Below are positions 47,124 to 56,779 of a DNA stretch of 64,000 bases, one piece after another. Under the pieces are notes generated by a model. The model saw only the letters and a program-made list of their open reading frames with translations. It made no database searches and had not been told where the DNA came from. Source of the stretch: Candidatus Geocrenenecus arthurdayi (lineage in GTDB: Archaea > Thermoproteota > Nitrososphaeria_A > Caldarchaeales > Wolframiiraptoraceae); the NCBI GenBank assembly GCA_023539395.1, contig JAKCEX010000001.1, positions 21,193-85,192 on the forward strand. The letters run 5' to 3'. How positions within the stretch are numbered: the first letter of the stretch is position 1; every line of letters begins with the position of its first letter. Made by a program: the position numbers and the translations under genes.

Positions 47124-48059
47124 CTACCTAGATGAAATATCATAGATTCTTTTCCAAGCGTTTAAGATCTCTAGCCCACCTTTTTCTTTAAACAATCTTA
47201 CTGCATCTGTAGCTGCTTTCGATATGTCGGTATCCTTAGTGAATGTCTGTACGTGTACTTTCCTAGAATAGTCTGTTGATACAGTTGAGATGGTTATGTT
47301 TAATTCGCCTGAATCCATTTCTACGTATACACCGATAGGTGTCTTACATCCAACATTAAGTAGAGAGATAATACCACGCTCAATCATCGTTTCAATCCAA
47401 CTCTCATAATGATTTACATTCTCAAGGATTTTAATCAATTCATGGTTATCCTTCCTAGCTACAACGGCTAATGCTCCCTGCCCAGCGGGAGGGGTGAAAT
47501 CCTCGATGGGAAGCTTTTCATACCTTATGTTTCCACCGATCCTTTCTAGTCCTGCCTCTGCTAAAATCAAAGCGTCAACATCTCCTCTAAGCATCTTCTG
47601 GATTCTTGTCTCAACATTCCCCCGTATTGGAATTACTTCTAAGTCGCTTCTAACATATTTTATGAATGCTTCTCTTCTAAGACTGCTCGTACCAACCTTG
47701 CTAATCCTAGGTAAATCATCCAAGCTTAAACCATCTCTAGATATGAATACATCATAGGGGCTACGTCTCTCTGGTACAGCGGCTATAACGAGTTCACTAG
47801 GAAGCTTTGTTGGATAATCTTTCATACTATGAACAGCGAAGTCTATCTCTCCTCTAATCAATGCTTGGTCAATCTCCTTCTCGAATATGCCTTTCTCCGG
47901 GATCATGTAGAGTGGCGTCTCTAAATCTATGTCTCCTCTAGTCTTTATAATCTTAATTTCGTACTCTAACTCTGGGAATAGAGTTTTCAGCTTATCGATT
48001 ACTTCCATCGTTTGGATGAGCGAGAGCCTGCTACCTCTGGTCCCGACTCTAAGTCTCAT
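47124..48059 (-). CDS. hemC: Porphobilinogen deaminase (hydroxymethylbilane synthase).
   Basis: 311 aa. The N-terminus is RVGTRGSRLSL and the dipyrromethane cofactor Cys region is present. Confidence 0.85.
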   Translation of the reverse strand: MRLRVGTRGSRLSLIQTMEVIDKLKTLFPELEYEIKIIKTRGDIDLETPLYMIPEKGIFEKEIDQALIRGEIDFAVHSMKDYPTKLPSELVIAAVPERRSPYDVFISRDGLSLDDLPRISKVGTSSLRREAFIKYVRSDLEVIPIRGNVETRIQKMLRGDVDALILAEAGLERIGGNIRYEKLPIEDFTPPAGQGALAVVARKDNHELIKILENVNHYESWIETMIERGIISLLNVGCKTPIGVYVEMDSGELNITISTVSTDYSRKVHVQTFTKDTDISKAATDAVRLFKEKGGLEILNAWKRIYDISSR

Positions 48060-49329
48060 CTTCTATCTGAGAAAGAGAATTCTCGATAGCATTTATCGTT
48101 AATTCTACGTCCTCATCCGTATGGGCTGTGGAGAGAAAGCATGTTTCAAACTGGCTTGGAGGGATAAATACGTTATTCTTAAGCATGCCGTGGAAATACT
48201 TTTTAAATAATCTTATATCTGATTTCTTAACATCATCATAGCATGAAACCTCGCTATCGGTAAAGAATACTTGGAACATTGATTCAATATAATTCACAGT
48301 TATCTTTAGAGATCTATCAGATGCTACTTCCCTTATACTTTTACATATTTTTTCTACTTTCCACTTCATCTCAGAATATATTGCTGGGTTTTCTTTTATA
48401 TAACCTAATACGGCTAATGCTGCTTTAGTAGATATAGGGTTACCGCTATACGTTCCAGAGACATAAACTTTACCAGTAGGCGCAACATTCTTCATTATTT
48501 CCTCTCTTCCACCGAAAGCAGAGATGGGTAGACCACCACCTAACGCTTTACCGAGGGTTGTTAAATCGGCTTTTACACCATAGTATTGCTGTGCACCACC
48601 AGGAGAAAGCCTGAAACCTGTTACCACCTCGTCAAATATTAATACTGCTCCAGAATAGTCTGCCAACTCTCTAAGAGCTTTAAGAAAATCTATCTTTGGC
48701 TCAACCAACCCAAAATTTACTGCTACTGGCTCAACTATTATCGCTGCTAGATCATCCCTATTCTCTTTAACTATCTTCTCAGTCAACTCTACATCATTGA
48801 ATCTTGATATAAGCGTATGTTTAGCCACTTCTTCTAGTACACCGGAACTTGATGGTACGCCGAAAGTTAATGCTCCTGACCCAGCTTTAACTAGTAGAGA
48901 ATCGTGTGATCCATGGAAGCATCCTTCAAACTTGATTATCTTCCTCCTACCAGTGTATCCTCTAGCTAGTCTAACCGCATGCATTGTTGCTTCTAAACCG
49001 CTATTAGCAAGTCTAACCATCTCGATAGATGGGTAGAATTCTCTGATCTTCTCGGCTAACAATACTTCTTCTTCAGTCGGTGCACCATACAAGATGCCAT
49101 CTTCCACTATCTTCTTTAATCTCTCTACAAGCATACTAGGAGCATGCCCAAAGAATAATGCTCCATAACCCATAACATAGTCAATATACTCTCTACCATC
49201 TACGTCGTATATCCTCGAACCTTTACCCTTCCACACAAAAAATGGGTAAGGGTCATAAGCTCTTACAGGACTATTAACCCCTCCAGGAATAACTTTCCTA
49301 GCTCTTTCATACAATTCGAGAGAATTCAT
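48049..49329 (-). CDS. hemL: Glutamate-1-semialdehyde 2,1-aminomutase.
   Basis: 426 aa with the canonical GSA-AM motifs (GGVNSPVRA, the DEV.TGFR PLP region). It overlaps hemC by 11 nt. Confidence 0.85.
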   Translation of the reverse strand: MNSLELYERARKVIPGGVNSPVRAYDPYPFFVWKGKGSRIYDVDGREYIDYVMGYGALFFGHAPSMLVERLKKIVEDGILYGAPTEEEVLLAEKIREFYPSIEMVRLANSGLEATMHAVRLARGYTGRRKIIKFEGCFHGSHDSLLVKAGSGALTFGVPSSSGVLEEVAKHTLISRFNDVELTEKIVKENRDDLAAIIVEPVAVNFGLVEPKIDFLKALRELADYSGAVLIFDEVVTGFRLSPGGAQQYYGVKADLTTLGKALGGGLPISAFGGREEIMKNVAPTGKVYVSGTYSGNPISTKAALAVLGYIKENPAIYSEMKWKVEKICKSIREVASDRSLKITVNYIESMFQVFFTDSEVSCYDDVKKSDIRLFKKYFHGMLKNNVFIPPSQFETCFLSTAHTDEDVELTINAIENSLSQIEDET

Positions 49330-49818
49330 ACTTTCTTTTAAATACTAAACTCTAATTTAAAACTAACTCTAACATTTAAATTAGACTAGAGGGGCTGGGT
49401 AGCACTTGTAGATGAGATAGGAGAGAAGGGAGAAGCTTAGGAACATACAATAGTCTGGTCTAGAATGTATATTCTTGGCTACTGACGGTTAATAATTGAT
49501 GTTATGTGAGAAGATATTTACTGGGCTGAGGTTAGAGATGGGAGAGTTGAATGCCTCCGACGTCATCCATCATAAATGCTGGAGACTGAGAGCTACAAGC
49601 TTATAGATGGGTGATTCTAAAGCAAACCTATACTACATCAGATTGCTTCACTTATCTGTAACATCGTCTTCTAGAAAAATCTTTAAGAAATGTAGCTACC
49701 TAGAATATTTAGATAATGGAGGCTGTAAGCTCCAACTCAAACGGTTCTCTGAAATGTAGGAAGAGGCTTGGTAGAATGCGTAGAGGGATGAGGCTTGGCA
49801 TGATAATACCGATAGAAG

Positions 49819-50238
49819 GTGGACAGGGTGCCTGTAAGAGTAAGAGTGAAGATTGAAGAAGTTAGGGGGAGTGGAGTTATTTATTCTGAAGCTCTTCTCA
49901 AAACAGGTTTTACATCTGAAGAGTTAGATATACATATCCCTAGGGAGCTAGCTAGAGAACTGGGACTGTGGCCTCCACCTCGAGATGCTTCGCTAGAAAT
50001 TCTTGATACAGCTGGTGGAGAGACTCTAAGCTATTTCATACCAAGTGCCGTGAGACTTACTGTTATAGAAGAAGATGAAACTTCGAAAACGATTACATGC
50101 AATGTCATAGTTTCACTCCGGGAGAAAGAGGTACTGCTCTCAGATGAGGTTATTGAAGAGCTTGGGATTGAGATCTTATCTCCTAAGACTGGGATTTGGC
50201 GGTTCAAAGGTGAAGAAAAACTTAGGAGGAGTGTTTAA
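49819..50238 (+). CDS. Hypothetical protein (GTG start).
   Basis: 139 aa. It contains LEILDTAGGETL, which faintly resembles the retropepsin DTGA motif. No assignment is made. Confidence 0.3.
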   Translation: MDRVPVRVRVKIEEVRGSGVIYSEALLKTGFTSEELDIHIPRELARELGLWPPPRDASLEILDTAGGETLSYFIPSAVRLTVIEEDETSKTITCNVIVSLREKEVLLSDEVIEELGIEILSPKTGIWRFKGEEKLRRSV

Positions 50239-50311
50239 CCGCATAAGTATGTAGTAGATTTGCTTAGAAAAAATGATATGAACACTCTATCCATGGCTAG
50301 ACTATTCTTGA

Positions 50312-51340
50312 TCATGGAAGCTGACCATCTCTAAGCCATCTAGCATATTCTTTAGCATGATATGTAATCACCGTATCTGCGCCTGCTCTTCTTATAGAGT
50401 GCAGCTGCTCCCATACAGCTTGCTTCTCATCTATTAATCCTTTCTCAGCCATAAGTTTAATCATAGTATATTCACCGCTAACAGAATAAGCTGCAATAGG
50501 AATATCGAAGTAGTTCCTGATAAGAGATATTACATCTAGATACCATGATGCAGGCTTAACCATGACTATATCTGTACCCTCGGATATGTCTAGTTCAACC
50601 TCCCTGAGAGCTTCCCTAAGATTCCTCGGATCCATCTGGTAGCTTCTCCTATCACCAAAAGCTGGCTTTGAGTAGGCGGCAGACCTGAATGGACCATAAA
50701 GGCTTGATGCATACTTTACAGAGTATGACATTATCGCTGTATCGGTATATCCTGCACTATCTAGAGATCTTCTTATCGCCCAAACCCTCCCATCCATCAT
50801 ATCTGAAGGGGCCACGATATCTGCTCCAGCTTCTGCATGGCTTAGAGCGATCTTCGCTAAAACCTCGATTGTTGAATCATTATCAATAATCTTCTTCATG
50901 TCTTTCTCTATGACGATTCCACAGTGGCCGTGACTAGTATACTGGCATAAACAAACATCTGTAATTACAACTACTTCTTCTCCAAAATTCTTCTTAACCT
51001 CCCTAACAGCTCTCTGCACAATTCCATTTCTATCATATGCAGAAGATCCAAGTTCATCTTTCCTTAAGGGTATACCGAACAGGAGGATTGCTTTTATCCC
51101 TAGGTCTAGTAGCTCGCTTACCTCCTTCAATAACTCTCTAATGGATAGTCTCTCCTGCCCAGGCATACCATCTATTGGTTCACGTCCATCTAATCCATCC
51201 TTCACAAATATAGGCATGATGAGAGATGAGGGGGTAACCTTTGCTTCTGCAGTTAAGTCTCTAATAACCTTACTCTTCCTAAGCCTTCTCAACCTAATAA
51301 TTGGGAAATGACGTCTTTCAAGTTCGATTGACTCTGACAA
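50312..51340 (-). CDS. hemB: Porphobilinogen synthase (ALA dehydratase).
   Basis: 342 aa. The metal/active-site Cys region is [14 protein letters not shown] and the Schiff-base Lys region is present. Confidence 0.85.
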   Translation of the reverse strand: MSESIELERRHFPIIRLRRLRKSKVIRDLTAEAKVTPSSLIMPIFVKDGLDGREPIDGMPGQERLSIRELLKEVSELLDLGIKAILLFGIPLRKDELGSSAYDRNGIVQRAVREVKKNFGEEVVVITDVCLCQYTSHGHCGIVIEKDMKKIIDNDSTIEVLAKIALSHAEAGADIVAPSDMMDGRVWAIRRSLDSAGYTDTAIMSYSVKYASSLYGPFRSAAYSKPAFGDRRSYQMDPRNLREALREVELDISEGTDIVMVKPASWYLDVISLIRNYFDIPIAAYSVSGEYTMIKLMAEKGLIDEKQAVWEQLHSIRRAGADTVITYHAKEYARWLRDGQLP

Positions 51341-51477
51341 TCTAGATTGCCCCGCCTCTACTCACACTTACTCAGCCTCTTATAAACGTTAATCTTCAAC
51401 CTCTCAAAACCAATTCTGAATAGAATAATATGCTCTGCTAGTGAAACTCTACTCGGATACTCTTAGCTAACCCTCAC

Positions 51478-52236
51478 TTGCATCATCTTCCGGAGATGAG
51501 TGTGTACCTCAACGTTTTTAAGTGCTCAAATCAAAACTTTATTGAGTTCATGAGGATGCCTTTCTTCATTGATTTATCCGGCAAGACGATTCTGATCATA
51601 GGTGGTGGAAGAGAAGGAGCAAAGAGAGCAGAGAAGTATTCAAAAAGTGGAGCTAGAATCATAGTGTATAGTAGAAGCTTCGATGATAAGATATTAGAGC
51701 TTAGCCGCAGAGGTTTTATAGAGCTGGTTAAAGGAGATGTGGAGGATATAGGAAAGCTTGAAGAGTACATCAAACTCTCAGACATTATAATGGTTACACT
51801 AGAGACAGAAGAATACAATGATATAATATGGAATATTGCTAAGAAACATAAAGCATTAATAAACCTCGCTAATAATGCTGAGAAAACAGATCTAGTTGTA
51901 CCAATAGATTCCTCTATAGGTCCATTCAGAGTCGCTATAACAACTGAGGGTAAAAGCAGTATGGTTGCACGAGAAGCATTACAGAAAGTCATAGAATACC
52001 TTAGTAGAGAGAAAGAATTGATAAGCTTAGCGGAGATAATGTATAAAGTTAAGAGGATTGTAAGAAAGAGTATCGCTAACCCTGATACAAGATTGAAAAT
52101 ATACTATGAAGTCTTCAATAATAAAAATTTAAGAAAAGCATTGAGATCGGGTGATGAATACTTGGTTGACGAAATATTGAGGAATATATTGAAAGAGTAT
52201 GGTTTAGAGATAGGAAGCTGTGAGGAATATGAATAA
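51478..52236 (+). CDS. sirC: Precorrin-2 dehydrogenase / sirohydrochlorin ferrochelatase-like protein (SirC / CysG N-terminal type).
   Basis: The Rossmann is KTILIIGGGREGAKRA and the siroheme-synthase N-domain architecture is present. The probable start is MRMPFF at about 51550. Confidence 0.65.
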   Translation: MHHLPEMSVYLNVFKCSNQNFIEFMRMPFFIDLSGKTILIIGGGREGAKRAEKYSKSGARIIVYSRSFDDKILELSRRGFIELVKGDVEDIGKLEEYIKLSDIIMVTLETEEYNDIIWNIAKKHKALINLANNAEKTDLVVPIDSSIGPFRVAITTEGKSSMVAREALQKVIEYLSREKELISLAEIMYKVKRIVRKSIANPDTRLKIYYEVFNNKNLRKALRSGDEYLVDEILRNILKEYGLEIGSCEEYE

Positions 52237-53611
52237 GCCGAGAATAATCATCTCTGGTGTTAGCGGCAAGATAGGGAAAACACTCATTACTTCGGCTATC
52301 ATCAGCCTGCTTAGAGAACGTGGATACAGAGTGCAGCCATTCAAAGTCGGACCAGACTTCATAGACCCTTCTTATCATAACATATTCTCAGACGTTTCTT
52401 CACGTAACCTTGATTCTATAATGTTCAATCGAGAAACTATTATCAAATCTTTCTGTAAAATTATGAAAGACGCAGATATATGTGTAATAGAAGGGGTTTT
52501 CGGGCTCTATGATAGCGTAGATGGAGTATCAGAGAGGGGGAGTACAGCGGAAATATCAAAGATTCTCAAAGCGCCAGTCATTTTAATAGTTGATGCTGAG
52601 AGGATCAATAGAGGTCTCCTAGCTTTAGTTAAAGGATTTGTGGAGTTCGATAGAAAAGTAAAGCTTGCAGGAATAATAGTAAATAAGGTAGCACATGAAA
52701 AACAAAGAGAGAAAATAGTAAGTGCTTTTAGGGAAAACTTTAAAGAATTAGAAATTATCGGTCTCATCTATAGAGACAGTCTTATCGAGGAGAAGATGAA
52801 GTATAGACATTTAGGATTAATCCCAATCTCAGAGAGAACAGATGAGATAGAAGAGATAAAACAAGCCATAGGAAAAGTCGGTAGACAAATCGATATTGAT
52901 AAGCTCATCGAGCTGGCTTCTAATGTGGAGGAGATATGTCCTCCTGAATCTGAGGAAACAGGCTTTGTGGTTAGACGTAGTATTAAGGTAGGGGTTATCA
53001 GAGATAATATATTTTCATTTTACTATCCAGAGAATATAGAGTTTTTCGAGGCTACCTGCGATAAAGTCTACAATATCGATTCAACTAGAGATTCATCGCT
53101 TCCAGAAGTAGATTTGCTCTATATTGGAGGAGGGTTTCCAGAAGTCTATGCTGAAATGCTTGAGAAGAATAAACCTTTGAAAAATGATATTAAGAAGAAG
53201 TATGATAAAGGATTGAAGATCTATGCTGAATGCGGTGGGCTAATCTATCTATCGAGTAATGTCAGGACTTTTAATGGTGAAGAATATGAAATGGTTGGGT
53301 TGATTGATGGTTACATAGAAATGGGTAGAAGACCTGTAGGTCATGGATATGTATATCTCTCAGCCATTAGAGATAATCCTCTGACAAACTTCAACCAACG
53401 CTTAATAGGCCATGAATTCCATTATTCTCGGTTAACCTTGAGAGAGAAGGTAGATTTTGCTTTCAGGGTTGAGAGAGGATACGGGGTGGATGGGTTACAT
53501 GATGGAGTAATAAAAGAGAATCTCCTAGCAATGTATACGCATCTACACTTTCTCCATAATCCAGAAGTTTTTAGAAAGTTAACAATGTGGGCAAATAAAA
53601 GTCAGCGATAG
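52220..53611 (+). CDS. cbiA: CbiA/CobB/CfbB-family a,c-diamide synthase (glutamine amidotransferase).
   Basis: 463 aa. The N-terminal ATP-binding AAA/MinD-like domain reads ISGVSGKIGKT. The C-terminal GATase region is ECGG. It overlaps sirC by 17 nt. Confidence 0.7.
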   Translation: MRNMNKPRIIISGVSGKIGKTLITSAIISLLRERGYRVQPFKVGPDFIDPSYHNIFSDVSSRNLDSIMFNRETIIKSFCKIMKDADICVIEGVFGLYDSVDGVSERGSTAEISKILKAPVILIVDAERINRGLLALVKGFVEFDRKVKLAGIIVNKVAHEKQREKIVSAFRENFKELEIIGLIYRDSLIEEKMKYRHLGLIPISERTDEIEEIKQAIGKVGRQIDIDKLIELASNVEEICPPESEETGFVVRRSIKVGVIRDNIFSFYYPENIEFFEATCDKVYNIDSTRDSSLPEVDLLYIGGGFPEVYAEMLEKNKPLKNDIKKKYDKGLKIYAECGGLIYLSSNVRTFNGEEYEMVGLIDGYIEMGRRPVGHGYVYLSAIRDNPLTNFNQRLIGHEFHYSRLTLREKVDFAFRVERGYGVDGLHDGVIKENLLAMYTHLHFLHNPEVFRKLTMWANKSQR

Positions 53612-54465
53612 CCTATACTCTCTAGGAAAGAGAGTACCTCTCTATTAACTATATCTGGTCTCTCTAGCAAGACATAGTGACCATAACCCTCAATTATGAC
53701 GAGCTTAGAGTTTGGGATCTTTTCATGGACCTTCTTAGAAAATTCAGGCGGCGTCCTCTCATCTTTATCTCCAACTATTATGAGTGTGGGCACTTTTATT
53801 GTATGAAGCTTATCTGACGCATCGTATTTAGCTAATGTTTTAACAATGTTTAAGTAATCTCTCCTTCTATTTTTAGTCAAGTCCTCGACCGCCCAGTTGA
53901 TAATCTCGGGACTAGTAGATTTCGAGAACATCTTCTCAACTTCTTTCTTTACTTGATTTTCATACTTCAATGACTCGAATCCTTCAAAATCTGCGAAATC
54001 CATGAAGAGTGTAAACATTTCACGTATAGTTCTAAGATATGCTTCTATAAGCATTCCAGGTCTTTTATGTAGCCTGCTTGAAATAAGTATTAATCCTCTT
54101 ACTTTTTCAGGATGATCAAAATAATATTGTGTTGATATCATTCCACCCATTGACCAACCTATTAATACAAGTTCATCTATGTGTAGATGGTTTAGAACTC
54201 TATCTACATCTTCAGCAAGCTTCTCAACGGTTGTAGGCTTTTCTAATCTAGCAGACTTGCCATGACCTCTAACATCAATTGCAATTACCTTATACTTCTT
54301 TGAGAATTCAGGGATCTGCATCCTCCACCATTCATGAGAAGCCCACGCACCATGAATTAGTAAGACAGGTTTACCCTCACCATAAACCTCATAATAAATC
54401 TCATTATCTAAATAGGGCATCAAGAAAATCTCTTTGAAGCTTAGATTAAAACATATCTTCTTCAA
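53602..54465 (-). CDS. Alpha/beta-fold hydrolase.
   Basis: The nucleophile elbow is GWSMGG and the HG oxyanion region is LLIHGAW. The start is probably the internal MPYLDNEIYY at about 54420. Confidence 0.65.
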   Translation of the reverse strand: MKKICFNLSFKEIFLMPYLDNEIYYEVYGEGKPVLLIHGAWASHEWWRMQIPEFSKKYKVIAIDVRGHGKSARLEKPTTVEKLAEDVDRVLNHLHIDELVLIGWSMGGMISTQYYFDHPEKVRGLILISSRLHKRPGMLIEAYLRTIREMFTLFMDFADFEGFESLKYENQVKKEVEKMFSKSTSPEIINWAVEDLTKNRRRDYLNIVKTLAKYDASDKLHTIKVPTLIIVGDKDERTPPEFSKKVHEKIPNSKLVIIEGYGHYVLLERPDIVNREVLSFLESIGYR

Positions 54466-54483
54466 TCTTAATCAGCCTGACCC

Positions 54484-54560
54484 TGTCAACTTTTACTTAA
54501 GCTTTTCTCTTTATATCTATGGCCAGGTTTCTGTTATGTTTTCTTATGCATGTATTGGAT
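54484..54560. repeat. Copy B of the duplicated intergenic element of about 77 nt.
   Basis: tgtcaacttttacttaagcttttctctttatatctatggccaggtttctgttatgttttcttatgcatgtattggat. It is about 75-80% identical to copy A. It shares the blocks TGTCAACTTTTA, TCTATGGC, GGTTTCT and TTTCTTATGCA. It lies in the divergent hydrolase/hemA intergenic region. Confidence 0.6.
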
Positions 54561-54973
54561 TACAATGGATAGGTTGTCTAAGCTATTCAAGTTTAATAAT
54601 TATCCATTGGGTGAGAAGGCTTAATCTATTATGCTTCATATTGCTGGTTTAAGCCTTAGAGACCTCTCAGAGATGTACTATGTAACGATGGCTTCCAAAA
54701 AGAGTGTTAGGAGATGATGCCATAGATTCTCAAGGATATTCTCTGTAGAGAAGAAGTTTAGGGATACTGTTGGGAGATTCTTCAGATACCTAAAACAGAG
54801 GACTAGAAGATTCTACAACAATATAAATACTTGGAGTATCAAGTCTATAGAAGACTATGCATCAGCAATAGCAATAATAAGAAACATACTCACAATAATG
54901 AAAACACAAGAAGGCCTATTACCTGGCATGACAGGATCATCTCGATATTACTTGTAGAAGCTTTTTAAGAACC

Positions 54974-56287
54974 GTGAGACCTTTATCTATAGTTGATGAT
55001 GGTATGTCTTTGAATGCTATTCATGGTCTCCTCTTAAACCATAAGCTGCTACCTATATCTAGGCTTGAGAAGTTTTTCTTTAGAGACTTGGAATTAGCGC
55101 TTAGACTATTTAAGAATGTTGGTGGTGTTGAAGGTGTAGCTATACTCCAGACATGCAATAGGGTGGAAGTATATCTTGATCTAAGAAGTGAGGAAGCAGT
55201 AGAGGAGGTAGTAGGTATCTGGAGAGATTTAACCGAAGACATGGATGTTGAGAGGAATATCCTATTGGTTAGGGGGGCCGAGGTGGTTAAGCATCTATTC
55301 AGGCTGGCTTCCGGTCTTGAATCAATGGTTATAGGTGAGCAGGAGATTCTACGTCAAGTAAAAGAAGCATACTACAAAGCATTAGCTGTTAACAGTCTAT
55401 CTCTACTACTTAAGATGATATTCGAGGAAGCTATCAGGATCGGTAAGAAGGTTAGGTCTGAGACGGAGATAAGTAGGAAGAGGATGAGCCTAGCCCATGT
55501 CGCCGTCGAATTAGTTGAGAAAATACTCAAGAACATGGATGACAAGGTAATCCTCATAATAGGTGCTGGGGAGACAGGCGAGCTAGTAAACTCTGCATTA
55601 ATGGAGAAAAACTACAGGAAGCTCACCTTGCTATTCGCTAATAGAACCTATGAGAGGGCTATCCATCTAGCTAACATGAGCGGAGGGATAGCTCTAAGAC
55701 TAGACCAGGTTGAAAACTATCTAAGAATAGCAGATATAGTATTCGTGACGACTTCCGCACCTCACTACATTATAACTAAAGAGAGGGTAGCGGAAGCGAT
55801 CAAAGGGAGAGATAAGCCCCTCCTGGTAATCGACTTATCTGTTCCTAGAAACGTCGACCCTGAAGTCTCAAGACTGCAAAACCTAAAACTCATAACAATA
55901 GACGACCTTAAAGAACACATCGACCACTCAATCTATGATAAGATTAAGGAATTAGATAAGGTAGAAGCATTAATCGAAGAGTACGTGGAGAAGTTCCAGG
56001 AGAAGCTAGAAACAATATGGATTGAAGAACTAGTCTCCAAGATCTACAGTTATGCAGAGAAGGTTAGATTAGAAGAAGTTTTAGAAGCAATGTCTATGAT
56101 CAAGACTGTTAAGCTTGATGAGAGAAGCAGAGAAATAATAGAAGACATGTCCCGAGCAATAGTCAAGAGAATACTAAACCCATTAATAGAAAACCTTAGA
56201 AGAAACTACAAAAATGTAAATAAAGTAGACCTAAGCAGCCTGTTAAGAATATATATTGAAGAAAGAGATTTTGATAAAAACGGATAA
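54974..56287 (+). CDS. hemA: Glutamyl-tRNA reductase.
   Basis: 437 aa. The catalytic Cys region is ILQTCNRVEVY and the NADPH site is IIGAGETGE. Confidence 0.8.
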   Translation: MRPLSIVDDGMSLNAIHGLLLNHKLLPISRLEKFFFRDLELALRLFKNVGGVEGVAILQTCNRVEVYLDLRSEEAVEEVVGIWRDLTEDMDVERNILLVRGAEVVKHLFRLASGLESMVIGEQEILRQVKEAYYKALAVNSLSLLLKMIFEEAIRIGKKVRSETEISRKRMSLAHVAVELVEKILKNMDDKVILIIGAGETGELVNSALMEKNYRKLTLLFANRTYERAIHLANMSGGIALRLDQVENYLRIADIVFVTTSAPHYIITKERVAEAIKGRDKPLLVIDLSVPRNVDPEVSRLQNLKLITIDDLKEHIDHSIYDKIKELDKVEALIEEYVEKFQEKLETIWIEELVSKIYSYAEKVRLEEVLEAMSMIKTVKLDERSREIIEDMSRAIVKRILNPLIENLRRNYKNVNKVDLSSLLRIYIEERDFDKNG

Positions 56288-56355
56288 ACAAAGAGATTCT
56301 AAACAATAGGGAAAATAACATTCAATATCACTGTTTTTGAATATGGGAGATATAG

Positions 56356-56371
56356 ATTTTTACATAAAAAG
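56356..56371 (+). promoter_or_regulatory. Degenerate variant of the same element upstream of dsrC.
   Basis: The sequence atttttacataaaaag (the GG of CATGG is missing) is followed by aattaaatac and about 35 nt to the dsrC ATG. Confidence 0.25.
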
Positions 56372-56417
56372 AATTAAATACTTGCATTATACATCCTAAA
56401 ATGTAGGTGGATGGATC

Positions 56418-56738
56418 ATGCCGTACGTAGAGTTTAAGGGACAGAAGCTCGAAGTAGATGAGGATGGTTTTCTACAGGAACCTGAGAAATGGAGTCCAGA
56501 AGTTGCAGAATTCTTTGCTAAGCATTTTGAGGGAGTAGAGAAGCTTACTGATGAACATTGGAAAGTAATAAATTATCTTAGAGAATACTGGCAGAAATAT
56601 GGTGTAGCTCCACCTATAAGGATGCTTGTAAAGCAGACAGGGTTCTCCCTCCAGAAGATATATGAGCTCTTCCCTTCTGGACCTGCAAAGGGTGCTTGCA
56701 AGGTAGCCGGACTACCAAAGCCAACAGGCTGCGTCTAA
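56418..56738 (+). CDS. dsrC: DsrC (TusE/DsrC family) with both conserved C-terminal cysteines.
   Basis: 106 aa ending in ACKVAGLPKPTGCV. This is the DsrC C-terminal arm with CysB and the penultimate CysA 11 residues apart. Confidence 0.8.
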   Translation: MPYVEFKGQKLEVDEDGFLQEPEKWSPEVAEFFAKHFEGVEKLTDEHWKVINYLREYWQKYGVAPPIRMLVKQTGFSLQKIYELFPSGPAKGACKVAGLPKPTGCV

Positions 56739-56779
56739 CATAACAGCTAGATATATTATATCATGTATTTATTTGTCGG

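Noticed and set aside
54434-54652. 72-aa ORF overlapping repeat copy B upstream of hemA.
   Set aside because: The paralogous copy A carries no ORF, and the shared sequence is conserved at the nucleotide level, not at the protein level. The translation is hydrophobic low-complexity. It is more likely non-coding.
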